64,000 nt of DNA, taken from positions 8,612 to 72,611 of the forward strand of contig NZ_DASZBG010000012.1 of assembly GCF_035944335.1 (NCBI RefSeq), written 5' to 3'. Made by a program: the position numbers and the translations under genes. This DNA is from Phenylobacterium sp. Lineage in GTDB: Bacteria > Pseudomonadota > Alphaproteobacteria > Caulobacterales > Caulobacteraceae. Shown here one piece after another: positions 35,383 through 45,347 of the stretch (position 1 is its first letter; each line of letters begins with the position of its first letter). The notes under the pieces are model-generated. The model did not search any database and had not been told where the DNA came from. It was given only the letters and a program-made list of their open reading frames with translations.

Positions 35383-36904
35383 CCGGATCGCGCGGCTGGG
35401 CGTGAAAACCCCGGCCGACGAACATCTCGACGCGCCTCTCGTGCTTGGGATCCAGGAAGACGCTGTCGATCTCGTGACCAACGGCGCTCGAGAAGTCGCC
35501 CTCCATGTCGCGCAGGAACCAGCCCTCGTAGGCGACGCCCAGGACGCGCGCGCCGAGCTGCGGGGTGAGCGGGGCGCTGCTCTCGGCCTGGTTCTCCGGC
35601 TTGCCGGTCAGAAGCCAGTAGACCAGCGGCGGCGATCCGGCCGCCCCGAAGTAGCTGCGGCCGTAGTAGGCGAGCGCGTAGTAGGTGAAGCGGTCGTTGA
35701 CCGCCACGGCCGAGAGGCCGGCGCCCTCCTCGATCCTGGCGCGGTCCACCACGATCCTGGCCGTCTGTGACCAGCCGCGGACCCGCTTCAGGCTGTTGGA
35801 GGCCCCGAGCGCGTCGCCCGCCCTTGGTTCGACGAGCACCAGCAGCACCAAGGCCGCCAGCACCGCCTGGATGGCGATCGCCGCGGTCAGCCAGCGCCGC
35901 GCCCGCCAGCGCATCATCCAGCCGGCCACCAGCACCGAGCCCGCGAGGTAGCTCGCCCCCGACCAGTTGGCGTTGGCTCGGCTGAGCAACGCCTGGATGG
36001 CGACGACGGCGATCGGCGGCAGGATGAAACAGAGCAGCAGCAGGTCCTCGCGGGGCAGGGCGCGCCGCCGCGCCGCCAGGATCAGGCCTGTGATGAGCAC
36101 GCCGAACGGGATCGGCCCGAACACTCCGAACTGGCTGACCAGGAAGGTCCCGAAATTGGCCGGGTTGAACGGCGTGTGCTGGCCCCAGGCCGCGTTGGCG
36201 GCGGTGTGGTGCAGGGTCGCGAAGCCGTGCTGGGCGTTCCAGACCAGGTTGGGCGACAGCACAAGGCCGAACACGGCGAGCGCCAACAGGGCCGAGCCAA
36301 GGCTCCACGCCCGCCGGGCCTCGCGGCTGAGCGCCAGGTGCAGGGCGACGCCGATGACGACATAGAGCGCGGCGTACTTGCTCAGGAAGGCCAGGCCCAG
36401 CGCCGCGCCGAACCCTGAGGCCAGCGCCAGACGCCGCCCGCCCGCGGCCGGCTGCAGGTCGGCGTAGGCGAGGATGGTCAGGCCGAGGAAGAACAGCAGC
36501 GGCGCGTCGGTCGCCACCACCAGGCCCGACAGTTGCACGGCCGGCATCAAGGCGTAGAGGGCGGCCGCAGCCAGCGCCGCCGGCCCGCCGTAGAGCCTGC
36601 GGCCCAACGCGAAGACGCAGAGCGTCGCTCCGGCCTGGAACAGGGCCGCCGAGAGCCGCACGAAGGCTTCCGAATCGCCGCCCAGCTGGGTGGTGGCCCA
36701 GATCGCCCAGGCGACCATCGGCGGTTTGGAATAGTAGCCGAAGTCGAGCGTCCGCGACCAAAGCCAGTACTGGGCCTCGTCGGGGTAGAGCTCCAGCGGG
36801 CTCCGGAACAGCGCGACGAAGCGGGCGAGCGTCAGACCCGCCGTGAGCAGGATCGCCGCCGTCCAGTCGGCATCGGGGCTCCGCAGGCTCGCGCTACGCG
36901 CCAT
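35351..36904 (-). CDS. GT39/ArnT-like membrane glycosyltransferase (PMT_2 type)
   Basis: 517 aa and polytopic. The N-terminal DEAQYWLWS (DE motif in the first loop) resembles dolichyl/undecaprenyl-phosphate sugar transferases. The 3' end overlaps msrA convergently by 32 nt. Confidence 0.8.
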   Translation of the reverse strand: MARSASLRSPDADWTAAILLTAGLTLARFVALFRSPLELYPDEAQYWLWSRTLDFGYYSKPPMVAWAIWATTQLGGDSEAFVRLSAALFQAGATLCVFALGRRLYGGPAALAAAALYALMPAVQLSGLVVATDAPLLFFLGLTILAYADLQPAAGGRRLALASGFGAALGLAFLSKYAALYVVIGVALHLALSREARRAWSLGSALLALAVFGLVLSPNLVWNAQHGFATLHHTAANAAWGQHTPFNPANFGTFLVSQFGVFGPIPFGVLITGLILAARRRALPREDLLLLCFILPPIAVVAIQALLSRANANWSGASYLAGSVLVAGWMMRWRARRWLTAAIAIQAVLAALVLLVLVEPRAGDALGASNSLKRVRGWSQTARIVVDRARIEEGAGLSAVAVNDRFTYYALAYYGRSYFGAAGSPPLVYWLLTGKPENQAESSAPLTPQLGARVLGVAYEGWFLRDMEGDFSSAVGHEIDSVFLDPKHERRVEMFVGRGFHAQPRDPVTGRPRPPSR

Positions 36905-37106
36905 CAGCTGTCCTTCGTCTGCGGGCGGACCCTAAGGCTCCAACGTCGCCTGTAAAGGCGCCGGCGCCACAGTTGTGGACAAGATGTGCGACGGAGCGTC
37001 ACCGTAGCAAAACCGTCACCACCAGTCTTATCTTCCGCGCTATACGGCTCGAAGGTTCAGGCGCGCCAGGGGGCTGACCTGAGGGGTCGATGAAGGGGGT
37101 TACTCG

Positions 37107-39668
37107 ATGAACAGATTTAGCCGCGCGCTTTGCGCGACGACGGCGCTTGCTACGGGACTCCTGCTGGCGGGGAGCGCGTTCGCGCAGTCCACCGCGACGC
37201 AGGTGCAGGAACTGATTATCACCGGCAATCGCCAGGCGCCCTCGACGGCGGGTCTGGCGACTCAGGTGAACGAAGCCAAGGACGTCTCGATCGTCGGCAA
37301 GGCGTTCATCGAGACCCAGATGCCCAGCGCCAACATCGCCCAGCTGATCAACGTGCTGCCGGGCGTGAGCTATTCGACCGAAGACCCCGGCGGCTTCAAC
37401 TCAGGCGATCTGCGGATCCACGGCTTCGACGGCAACCACGTGGCCGTCATCCTCGACGGCGCCCCGCTGAACGACACCGGCAACTACGCGGTGTTCCCCG
37501 GCGAATACATGATCGGCGAACTGATCGACCACATCACCGTCAACGTCGGCTCCGCCGACGTGGACAGCCCCTCGGCCTCGGCCTTGGGCGCGACGATCAA
37601 CGCCGTCTCCAAGCTGCCGAAGGAAACCCCCGGCGGCATGCTCCGCGCCAGCGCCGGCAGCTACAAATACCTGCGCGGCTTCGGTGAGTATGACACCGGG
37701 GCGATCGGGCCTTGGGGCACACGCGCCTTCGTGGCCGGCGAGTACGGCACGGAGCACAACTTCAAGGGCCGTCCGGGCACGAGCAAGCGCTGGGACGTCT
37801 CGGGGCGTATCTACCAGCCGCTGAGCGGCAACGACTTCCTCAGCCTCGCCGGCATCTATGTGCAGGAGCGCCAATATCCGGCCTTCCGCCTGACCCGGGC
37901 GCAGATCTCCTCGCTTGGCTTCTGGTATTTCGGAGACAACCCGAGCTTCACGCCGGAAACGGTCACCCCTGGCAGGGCGGACCTCATTCCTGCCAATGCC
38001 GGCCCATCGGGCGCGGACAACAATTTCTACGCCCTGTTCCCGAACCCGGTGAACTTCGGCAGCCTCCGCGGCCAGTCGCACTTCACGCTGGCCAAGAACT
38101 TGGTGCTGACGGTCGACCCCAGCCTGTTCTACACCCTGGCCAACGGGGGCGGCGGCACCACCCTGAAGGAGAACGATCCGCGATTGATCGGCAACTCCAC
38201 CGCCTCGGGCGTCGACCTCAACGGCGACGGGGACACCTTGGACACCTTGGTGGCCTACGGCCCCAGCAACACCCGGACGCACCGGGTCGGCCTGACCACC
38301 TCGCTGCTGTATGACCTGAACGAGAGCAACCACTTCCAGCTCGCCTACACCCTGGACTACGGGCGGCACCGCCAGACGGGCGAATTCACGCCCGTCGACC
38401 TCAACACCGGCCTTCCGCAGGACGTGTTCGGCGGCAGCCCGGCGGGCGGCGGCGCGGATATCAAGACCGCCGACGGCGCGATCCTTCGGGGCCGCGACCG
38501 TTTCTCGATCGCCATCCTGAACCAGGTCTCCGCCAACTACATCGGCAAGTTCATCGACGACCGGCTGCACATCAACCTGGGCGTGCGGATGCCGGACTTC
38601 GAGCGCAAGCTCAACCAGTTCTGCTACACCTTCAACGGCACCAGCGCCTATTGCGACACCATCGACCCGGCGGCTGTCCAGACGGCGTTCAACGCCGACG
38701 TGGCGGCGGTCAATGCCGCCGTCGCCGCCGGCCGGGCGCCGCCGACGACGGCGACGAATCTCGCCGCGGTGTTCCGCGGCGGCATCACGCCCACCATCGG
38801 TCCCAACGGCCTTCCGAACTTCCGCTTCCCGTTCAAGGCGGACCTGAAGTACCGCAAGACCCTGCCGAACGCCGGCATCAGCTTCCGCCTGGCCGAGGAT
38901 CACCTGATCTACGCGTCCTACGCCAAGGGTCTGGCGGCGCCGAAGACGGACAACCTCTACACCTCGTCCCCCAACCTGGTGCAGCCGGAAACCAGCAACA
39001 ACTACGCCGCCGGCTATCGGTACCAGACGAACGCGCTGAACGTTTCGGCGAACCTCTACCGGACCGACTACAAGAACCGGATCGTGTCCTCGCCGGACCC
39101 GCTTGACCCCACCCTCTCCATCGACCGCAACGTGGGCGATGTGCGGATCCAGGGCGTCGATCTCGAGCTCGGCTACACCCCGATCGATCACCTGCACCTG
39201 TACGCCAGCGCCAACCTCAACAAGAGCAAGGTGCTGAAGAGCTACACGCTCAGCACCTCCGGCATCAGCTTCCAGCTGCCGGTGGCGGGCAAGGAACTGG
39301 TCCTGACCCCCGACCGAATCTTCAACGGCCGGATTTCCTACGACGCCGGTCCTGTCACCCTGGGCCTGCAGGCCAAGTACATGAGCTCGCGCTGGCTCGA
39401 CGACCTGAACACCGACCGGATCCCCGGCTACGCGGTGTTCGGCGCCGACGCCCGCTGGAACCTGCCCTGGTACGACGGCGCCTATCTGCAGTTCAACGTG
39501 CAGAACCTGTTCGACCGCAGATACATTTCGCGGGCGACCACCAACGCGACCAACGTGGCGTTCCCGATCCCGAACACCACGCCGCCGCGGACCTTCTTCG
39601 CCTCGACGTCCTCCCTTCAGGTCGGCGCGCCGCGCACCGCGGTCCTGACCCTGGGTGTCAACTTCTAG
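37107..39668 (+). CDS. TonB-dependent outer-membrane receptor
   Basis: Signal peptide, a plug domain (ELIITGNR..., IHGFDGNHVAVILDGAPLND), a long beta-barrel and a terminal aromatic residue (...LTLGVNF). Confidence 0.9.
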   Translation: MNRFSRALCATTALATGLLLAGSAFAQSTATQVQELIITGNRQAPSTAGLATQVNEAKDVSIVGKAFIETQMPSANIAQLINVLPGVSYSTEDPGGFNSGDLRIHGFDGNHVAVILDGAPLNDTGNYAVFPGEYMIGELIDHITVNVGSADVDSPSASALGATINAVSKLPKETPGGMLRASAGSYKYLRGFGEYDTGAIGPWGTRAFVAGEYGTEHNFKGRPGTSKRWDVSGRIYQPLSGNDFLSLAGIYVQERQYPAFRLTRAQISSLGFWYFGDNPSFTPETVTPGRADLIPANAGPSGADNNFYALFPNPVNFGSLRGQSHFTLAKNLVLTVDPSLFYTLANGGGGTTLKENDPRLIGNSTASGVDLNGDGDTLDTLVAYGPSNTRTHRVGLTTSLLYDLNESNHFQLAYTLDYGRHRQTGEFTPVDLNTGLPQDVFGGSPAGGGADIKTADGAILRGRDRFSIAILNQVSANYIGKFIDDRLHINLGVRMPDFERKLNQFCYTFNGTSAYCDTIDPAAVQTAFNADVAAVNAAVAAGRAPPTTATNLAAVFRGGITPTIGPNGLPNFRFPFKADLKYRKTLPNAGISFRLAEDHLIYASYAKGLAAPKTDNLYTSSPNLVQPETSNNYAAGYRYQTNALNVSANLYRTDYKNRIVSSPDPLDPTLSIDRNVGDVRIQGVDLELGYTPIDHLHLYASANLNKSKVLKSYTLSTSGISFQLPVAGKELVLTPDRIFNGRISYDAGPVTLGLQAKYMSSRWLDDLNTDRIPGYAVFGADARWNLPWYDGAYLQFNVQNLFDRRYISRATTNATNVAFPIPNTTPPRTFFASTSSLQVGAPRTAVLTLGVNF

Positions 39669-39695
39669 ACTCAGCGTCATCTTTGGAACGAGGAG

Positions 39696-39724
39696 GGGCG
39701 GCCTGGCGACGGGCCGCCCTTTTC
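39696..39724 (+). terminator. Intrinsic terminator after the TonB-dependent receptor gene
   Basis: Stem GGGCGGCC / 8-nt loop / GGCCGCCC, followed by TTTT. Confidence 0.7.
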
Positions 39725-39789
39725 CGTGCCGGCTTGACGCCGCGCCCGGCCGCGCCCATCTGCGCGCGTCGTTTCAGGTCGAGGGCTGG

Positions 39790-40794
39790 ATGAGCTTCAC
39801 CGTACCGCCGGAGTGGGCGCCGCACCGCGCCATGTGGCTGGGTTTCCCGAGCCATGCGGCGCTGTGGGAGGCCGACCTCGAGCCCGCCCAGCAGGAGGTG
39901 GCGGCGCTGGCCCGCGCCCTGGCCGGCCCCGGGGCCGAGCGCGTGCGCCTGATGACCGGCCATCCGGACGGGGAGGCGGCGGCTCAGCGCCTGCTGGGCG
40001 ACGTGGACGGCGTCGAGATCACGCCGGGCGCGTTCGGCGACATCTGGCTGCGCGACACCGGCCCGATCTTCGGCCAGCGGGACGGGGACCCCGAGGCGCA
40101 CGGCTTCCGCTTCAACGGCTGGGGCGGCAAGTACGAGCTGGAGCACGACGACACCGTCGGCCGGCAGGTCGCCGAGACCGCGCAGGTCCCGCTGATCCGC
40201 CACGACTTCGTGCTGGAGGGCGGCGCCCTCGACCACGACGGCGAAGGCACGGTGCTGACCACGACCCAGTGCCTGCTCAACCGCAACCGCAATCCCGGCT
40301 GGACCCCCGAGGCGGCCGAAGCCGCGCTCGCCGACGCGCTCGGCGCGCGGCGCGTGCTCTGGCTGGGCGATGGCCTGCTGAACGACCATACCGACGGCCA
40401 CGTGGACAATCTCGCCCGCTTCGTGGCGCCTGGCGTGGTGGCCTGCCCGATCGGCTGGGGGCGTGGCGACCCCAATGCCCGGGTCTATGACGAGACCGCC
40501 CGCCGGCTCTCCGCCATGACCGATGCGGCGGGACGACCGCTCAGCGTGATGCGGATCCCCTCGCCGGGCTTCATCGGCGACGACGGCGAGCGGCCGGCCC
40601 CGGCCAGCCACATGAATTTCCTGATCGCCAACCGGGCGGTCATCGTGCCCATCTATGCCGAACAGCCGGGGGAGTTCGCCATCCAGGCGCTGGAGCATCT
40701 GTTTCCCGACCGCCAGGTGATCGGGCTGCCGTCCACCGCCATCCTGACCGGCGGCGGGTCGTTCCACTGCATCACCCAGCAGGAGCCCGCCTGA
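39790..40794 (+). CDS. aguA: Agmatine deiminase
   Basis: The start is at MSFTVPPEWAPH. Motifs are IWLRDTGPIF, VLEGGALDHDGEGTVLTT, DGHVDN and the C-terminal catalytic GGGSFHCITQQ. Confidence 0.9.
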   Translation: MSFTVPPEWAPHRAMWLGFPSHAALWEADLEPAQQEVAALARALAGPGAERVRLMTGHPDGEAAAQRLLGDVDGVEITPGAFGDIWLRDTGPIFGQRDGDPEAHGFRFNGWGGKYELEHDDTVGRQVAETAQVPLIRHDFVLEGGALDHDGEGTVLTTTQCLLNRNRNPGWTPEAAEAALADALGARRVLWLGDGLLNDHTDGHVDNLARFVAPGVVACPIGWGRGDPNARVYDETARRLSAMTDAAGRPLSVMRIPSPGFIGDDGERPAPASHMNFLIANRAVIVPIYAEQPGEFAIQALEHLFPDRQVIGLPSTAILTGGGSFHCITQQEPA

Positions 40795-41672
40795 TGAGCC
40801 GCAAGGTCACGGTGGCGGCGATCCAGTCGTCCTACGGCGACGACATGGCGGCCAATATCGCCAAGACCGCCGGCTTCGTGCGCGAGGCCGCCGCCAAGGG
40901 CGCGCAGGTCGTCCTGCCGTCCGAGTTGTTCCAGGGACCCTATTTCTGCGTGGCCCAGGAGGAACGCTGGTTCGCCCAGGCCTATCCCTGGCGCGAGCAC
41001 CCTTGCGTCACCGCCCTCGCGCCGCTGGCGGCCGAGCTGGGCGTGGTGATCCCGGTCTCGATCTTCGAGCGCGAGGGGCCGCACTACTTCAACAGCGTGG
41101 TGATGATCGACGCCGACGGCAGCCCGCTCGGCGTCTACCGCAAGAGCCATATCCCCGACGGGCCGGGCTATATGGAGAAGTACTACTTCCGGCCGGGCGA
41201 CACCGGCTTCCGCGTCTGGCCGACGCGGTTCGGACGGCTGGGCGTCGGCATCTGCTGGGACCAATGGTACCCGGAGACGGCGCGCGCCATGGCCCTGATG
41301 GGCGCGGAGATCCTGTTCTATCCGACGGCCATCGGCTCGGAGCCCCACGATGCGGCGCTGGACACCGCCGCGCCCTGGCGGCGCGCCATGCAGGGCCACG
41401 CGGTCTCCAACGTGATCCCCGTGGTGGGCGCCAACCGAACCGGCTTCGAACCCTGGGCGAACTATCCGAACGGCGGCCAGCAGTTCTATGGCTCCAGCTT
41501 CATCGCCGACCATCGCGGCGATCTGGTCGCTGCCCTCGGGCGCGAGGACGAAGGCGTGCTGAGCGCCGAGTTCGATCTCGACTTCCTCACGACCCACCGC
41601 GCGGCCTGGGGCTTCTTCCGCGACCGGCGGCCCGACCTCTACGGAGTGCTGGCCCAGGGCCGGCCTCAGTGA
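40794..41672 (+). CDS. aguB: N-carbamoylputrescine amidase (nitrilase superfamily)
   Basis: VAAIQ...LPSELF...YRKSHIP...GVGICWDQWYPE carries the Glu-Lys-Cys triad. The start overlaps the aguA stop. Confidence 0.9.
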   Translation: MSRKVTVAAIQSSYGDDMAANIAKTAGFVREAAAKGAQVVLPSELFQGPYFCVAQEERWFAQAYPWREHPCVTALAPLAAELGVVIPVSIFEREGPHYFNSVVMIDADGSPLGVYRKSHIPDGPGYMEKYYFRPGDTGFRVWPTRFGRLGVGICWDQWYPETARAMALMGAEILFYPTAIGSEPHDAALDTAAPWRRAMQGHAVSNVIPVVGANRTGFEPWANYPNGGQQFYGSSFIADHRGDLVAALGREDEGVLSAEFDLDFLTTHRAAWGFFRDRRPDLYGVLAQGRPQ

Positions 41673-42217
41673 CGCGCGCGCCGCAGATCGAGACCGAACG
41701 GTTGGTCCTGCGGCGCTGGCGGGAGGACGACGCCGAGCCCTACGTGGCCATGATGCTGGATACGGACGTCAGCCGCTGGCTGGGCGGCCCGTTCGACGAG
41801 GCGGAGGCCTTGGCGCGGATTGCGCGCAACGAGGCGGCGCTGGAGGCTCACGGCTTTGGTCGCATGGCCATGGAGCGCCGCTCCGACGGGGCGTTTCTCG
41901 GCTACTGCGGCCTGATGCCGATCGCCGAGACCCTGCCATTCGACGGCGGCTTCGAGGTGGGCTGGAGCCTCGCCCAGGGCGGCTGGGGCCAGGGCTACGC
42001 CAGCGAGGCCGCGCGGGCGGTCTTCGCCGACGGCTTCAGTCGCCTCGGCTTGCCGCAGATCCTCGCCTTCACCGGGGTCTTGAACCACCGCTCGCAGGCG
42101 GTGGCCCGGCGGCTGGGCATGAGTCGGGACCCCGACCAGGATTTCGATCATCCGGGCCTCGCGGACGACCATCCGCTGAAACGCCACATCGTCTTCGTGG
42201 CGAGGTCGCCTCAGTAG
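41669..42217 (+). CDS. GNAT-family N-acetyltransferase (RimJ/RimL-like)
   Basis: The GTG start overlaps the aguB stop. IETERLVLRRWREDDAEPY...GWGQGYASEAARAV. Confidence 0.8.
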   Translation: MTRAPQIETERLVLRRWREDDAEPYVAMMLDTDVSRWLGGPFDEAEALARIARNEAALEAHGFGRMAMERRSDGAFLGYCGLMPIAETLPFDGGFEVGWSLAQGGWGQGYASEAARAVFADGFSRLGLPQILAFTGVLNHRSQAVARRLGMSRDPDQDFDHPGLADDHPLKRHIVFVARSPQ

Positions 42218-42948
42218 TCGCAATCGGTGGGCGGCGTGCGGTCGCGGACCAGCTCGGCGCGGGCGGTCTCCAAGTCCTGGCGGAACTCCGGATGGTCGTG
42301 GAGCTTCGCCACCATGGCCGCGCCCAGTTCGCGCCCGGCGTCGACGTCGGATTGGAAGTGCACCCCGCAGACCACCCGGCTCTGGCCGATTTCGCGGCCT
42401 GCGACCATCAGCTCGCTCGCCCTGTCGGGCCGCAGTTCGCTGAGGATCAGCCCCCAGGCCCAGCCCGCCATCGAATGGCCCGACGGATAGGAGGCGTTGG
42501 TCCGCATCCAGTCCTCGCGCGGCACGCACAGCGGTTGGGCGTCGCCGATCGGCGGGCGGGTGCGGTTGTAGTGATCCTTGGGCGGCGTGCCGACCGTGCG
42601 GACGTCCAGCTCCACGCGCTGCAGGACACGATAGGCGACCGGCGTGGTCTTCGGGCCGATCTCGGCGCCCAGGGCGCAGGAGAAGCGGTGAACCGCGCCG
42701 CCCTGCCAGAGGTCGTTGTCCCGTTCCGCCAGCGTCCAGCGCTTGGATCCGGCCAGCGTCCGGGTGTCGAGGTAGGTCTGCCGGTCGCTGCGAGCCCGCG
42801 GGCTGTCCGCGGCCGGCGGCGGCCCCAGGATCAGGGTCCCGTCCAGCTCACCCTTGTGCATATAGCCCGCAAGCTTCGCGCCCTGCGCCGACGCGATGGC
42901 GGCGACCGTCAGAGCGGCCGCCGCACCGAGAACTCCGTACCTGATCAA
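42211..42948 (-). CDS. Exported class A non-specific acid phosphatase (PAP2 superfamily)
   Basis: Signal peptide, then the motifs K(x6)RP (KDHYNRTRP), YPSGHS and SRVVCGVHFQSD. Confidence 0.85.
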   Translation of the reverse strand: MIRYGVLGAAAALTVAAIASAQGAKLAGYMHKGELDGTLILGPPPAADSPRARSDRQTYLDTRTLAGSKRWTLAERDNDLWQGGAVHRFSCALGAEIGPKTTPVAYRVLQRVELDVRTVGTPPKDHYNRTRPPIGDAQPLCVPREDWMRTNASYPSGHSMAGWAWGLILSELRPDRASELMVAGREIGQSRVVCGVHFQSDVDAGRELGAAMVAKLHDHPEFRQDLETARAELVRDRTPPTDCDY

Positions 42949-42958
42949 CGTCTTGCCT

Positions 42959-43843
42959 CTAGCTCCGCAGCACGGTCTTGCCGTTGCGGATCACGGTCGC
43001 GCCGCGGTCCAGCACCCGGGCCTCGAAGGAGACCACGTCGCCGTCCTTCCAGAGATCGACGGTCACGGTGTCGCCCGGGAACACCGGGGCCGAGAACCGC
43101 GCCTGGTGGCTGAGGATCTGCTGCGGATCGTAGTCGCAGATCTCCTGCAGCACGGCGCGGCAGGTGATCCCATAGGTGCACAGCCCGTGCAGGATCGGCC
43201 GCGGGAAGCCGGCCCGCTTGGCCACGTCCGGATCGGAGTGCAGCGGGTTGCGGTCGCCGTTCAGGCGATAGATGAGCGCCTGGTCGGGCCGCGTCTCGAT
43301 GGGCACGGAGATGTCCGGCTTGCGGGTCGGCGTCGCATGCGGCTCCGGCGCGCCGTCCGAAGGCCCGCCGAACCCGCCGTCGCCGCGCGCGAAGGTCGAG
43401 CCGGTGAGGGTGGCGACCTTCTCGCCCTTGTCGTCGGTCCAGACGGTCTCGTTGACCACCACCGCGCCCTTGTCCTTGCCCTTGTCGAAGGCGCCGATGG
43501 TGCGGCTGGCGGCGGTGAACGAGCCGGCGGCGGGGAGGGGCTTGTGCAGCTCCACCTTCTGCTCGCCGTGGACGACCATCAGATAGTTCAGCTGGCTGAC
43601 CCGCAGGCCTTGCTTCTGCTCCACGTTCTGCGCGGCGCGGCGGCCCGCGCCGGCGGCCAGCACCGTGGCCGCGGTCGGCACCACCTTGAGGTCCTTCTCG
43701 TAGACGAACGGCAGCTCGCGCTCGTCCATCGGGTCGCGGCCCATGCCGACGCCAAGCGCGTAGAGCATCACGTCCTTGTCGCCATAGGTGAAGGTGCGGG
43801 GCTCGGTCTTCTGCTCGAGGATGTCGGGATAATAGATCGGCAT
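42959..43843 (-). CDS. Double hot-dog MaoC-family dehydratase / (R)-specific enoyl-CoA hydratase
   Basis: 294 aa. The C-terminal half carries the hydratase motif RLNGDRNPLHSDPDVAKRAGFPRPILHG. Confidence 0.8.
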   Translation of the reverse strand: MPIYYPDILEQKTEPRTFTYGDKDVMLYALGVGMGRDPMDERELPFVYEKDLKVVPTAATVLAAGAGRRAAQNVEQKQGLRVSQLNYLMVVHGEQKVELHKPLPAAGSFTAASRTIGAFDKGKDKGAVVVNETVWTDDKGEKVATLTGSTFARGDGGFGGPSDGAPEPHATPTRKPDISVPIETRPDQALIYRLNGDRNPLHSDPDVAKRAGFPRPILHGLCTYGITCRAVLQEICDYDPQQILSHQARFSAPVFPGDTVTVDLWKDGDVVSFEARVLDRGATVIRNGKTVLRS

Positions 43844-44029
43844 GAAATCGGTCCTCCGGAGTATGGGCGAGGGGCGTCGTCTCTATAGCGGCGATTGAAG
43901 CCCCGAAGCGCACCGGCGGCAAGCGGCGTGGCGCCTCAATTGCCGCCCCGGCCCCGATCGGTTAGAAGCGGCGACCTTGCGCCGTGGCGTGCTCGCCACG
44001 GCCCAGCTCCTCGATTTTCGAAGGCTTCG

Positions 44030-44827
44030 ATGACCACCACCACCGCCCAGATGCCCGGCCAGATTTCCGGCAACGTCCTGTTCTATTCCAAGCCCGAGCC
44101 GCTGAGCCCCGAGCTGCACGGCAAGCTGGGCGTGGTCCAGAGCGACAAGCCGTTCCGCTTCGCCAAGGCCGGCCACGCCGTTCCGCTGACCGTGGGCGAG
44201 TTCCCGCTGGCCGCGGTCTCCGGCCCGATCATCTTCGTGGGTGACGACAAGACCCCGATCGCCGTCATGGGCCTGAACGCCGGCGACAACATGTTCGTGG
44301 GCGAGAACGGCCTGTTCGATCCGGGCATCTACATCCCGGCCTATATCCGCCGCTACCCCTTCGTCTTCGCCCAGGACGACGATGCGCAGAAGATGGTGCT
44401 GTGCATCGACCGCAACGCCGACTTCATCGTCGAGGGCGGCGACATGCCGTTCTTCGAGAAGGACGGCAAGCCCAGCGAGTACACCCAGCGCTGCATGGAG
44501 TTCTGCAACAACTTCGAGCAGGAGCGTCAGCGCACGATCGCCTTCGTGCAGATCCTCAAGGATCTCGACCTGTTCGAGAGCAAGGTCGCCAATTTCACGC
44601 CGATGAACGCCGACGGCACGACCGGCGAGCCGCAGAAGATCGCCGACTATTTCGGGGTCTCGGAGGAGAAGCTGAACGCGCTTCCCATCGAGAAGCTGAC
44701 GGAAATCCGCGATAACGGCGCGCTGGGGCAGATCTACGCCCACCTGCTGTCGCTGGTCGGCTGGGACCGCCTCGTCGCGCTGGCCCTGGCCCGCGCCCCG
44801 CAAACGCCCGCCGCGGCGAACGCGTAA
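44030..44827 (+). CDS. SapC-family protein
   Basis: The start is at MTTTTAQMPG. PLTVGEFPLAAVSGPIIF...YIPAYIRRYPFVFA matches my memory of SapC proteins. Confidence 0.75.
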   Translation: MTTTTAQMPGQISGNVLFYSKPEPLSPELHGKLGVVQSDKPFRFAKAGHAVPLTVGEFPLAAVSGPIIFVGDDKTPIAVMGLNAGDNMFVGENGLFDPGIYIPAYIRRYPFVFAQDDDAQKMVLCIDRNADFIVEGGDMPFFEKDGKPSEYTQRCMEFCNNFEQERQRTIAFVQILKDLDLFESKVANFTPMNADGTTGEPQKIADYFGVSEEKLNALPIEKLTEIRDNGALGQIYAHLLSLVGWDRLVALALARAPQTPAAANA

Positions 44828-44831
44828 CGCT

Positions 44832-45224
44832 TTATCTCGCGAACACGCCCCGCGTCAGGCACGAGAAGACCAGCCGGCCCGCCTCGTCGAGGAGGTCGTG
44901 CTGGCAGATGACGATGCCCTTGCCCTCGCCCACCGGGTCCTTGGCCATGACCGTCATGCGGCCGCGCAACAGCTCGCCGACCGGCGGATTGCGCATCCAG
45001 CGCAGGGCGTCGACGCCGAGCCGCTTGGTCTGCGGCCAGTCGGTGTGGGCCACCGCGTCGAGCTTGGCCCAGATCGCATAGACCATGGCGTCCGGCGCGC
45101 CGCGGTCGGCCGTCCAGCCCGGTGCGAAGGCCTTGATGAAGCCGTCCAGCGCCTCGGCGTCGACGGCCATGGCCCCAAGCGACTCGACCTGGCCGATCTC
45201 GATATCGTCGAAGCGGGCGGGCAC
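44832..45224 (-). CDS. Small hot-dog-fold (MaoC-like/thioesterase-like) protein
   Basis: 130 aa with high GC3. The family assignment is by general resemblance only. Confidence 0.6.
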   Translation of the reverse strand: MPARFDDIEIGQVESLGAMAVDAEALDGFIKAFAPGWTADRGAPDAMVYAIWAKLDAVAHTDWPQTKRLGVDALRWMRNPPVGELLRGRMTVMAKDPVGEGKGIVICQHDLLDEAGRLVFSCLTRGVFAR

Positions 45225-45347
45225 GGGCGAACTCTCCGGTTGGCGAACTTGGTTGCGCCATCAGAACGGTCTAGGCGACCCGCGTCGAGCCTTGCTTTGC
45301 GTCTCCGCCCCTTCCACGCCATATAGCCGCGGTATCACGCGGGGGCG

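Noticed and set aside
39685-39710. GGAAC at 39685 after the TonB-receptor stop as another EcfG promoter
   Set aside because: No CGTT lies at a 16/17-nt spacing (CGAC instead), and the sequence is part of the terminator stem region.
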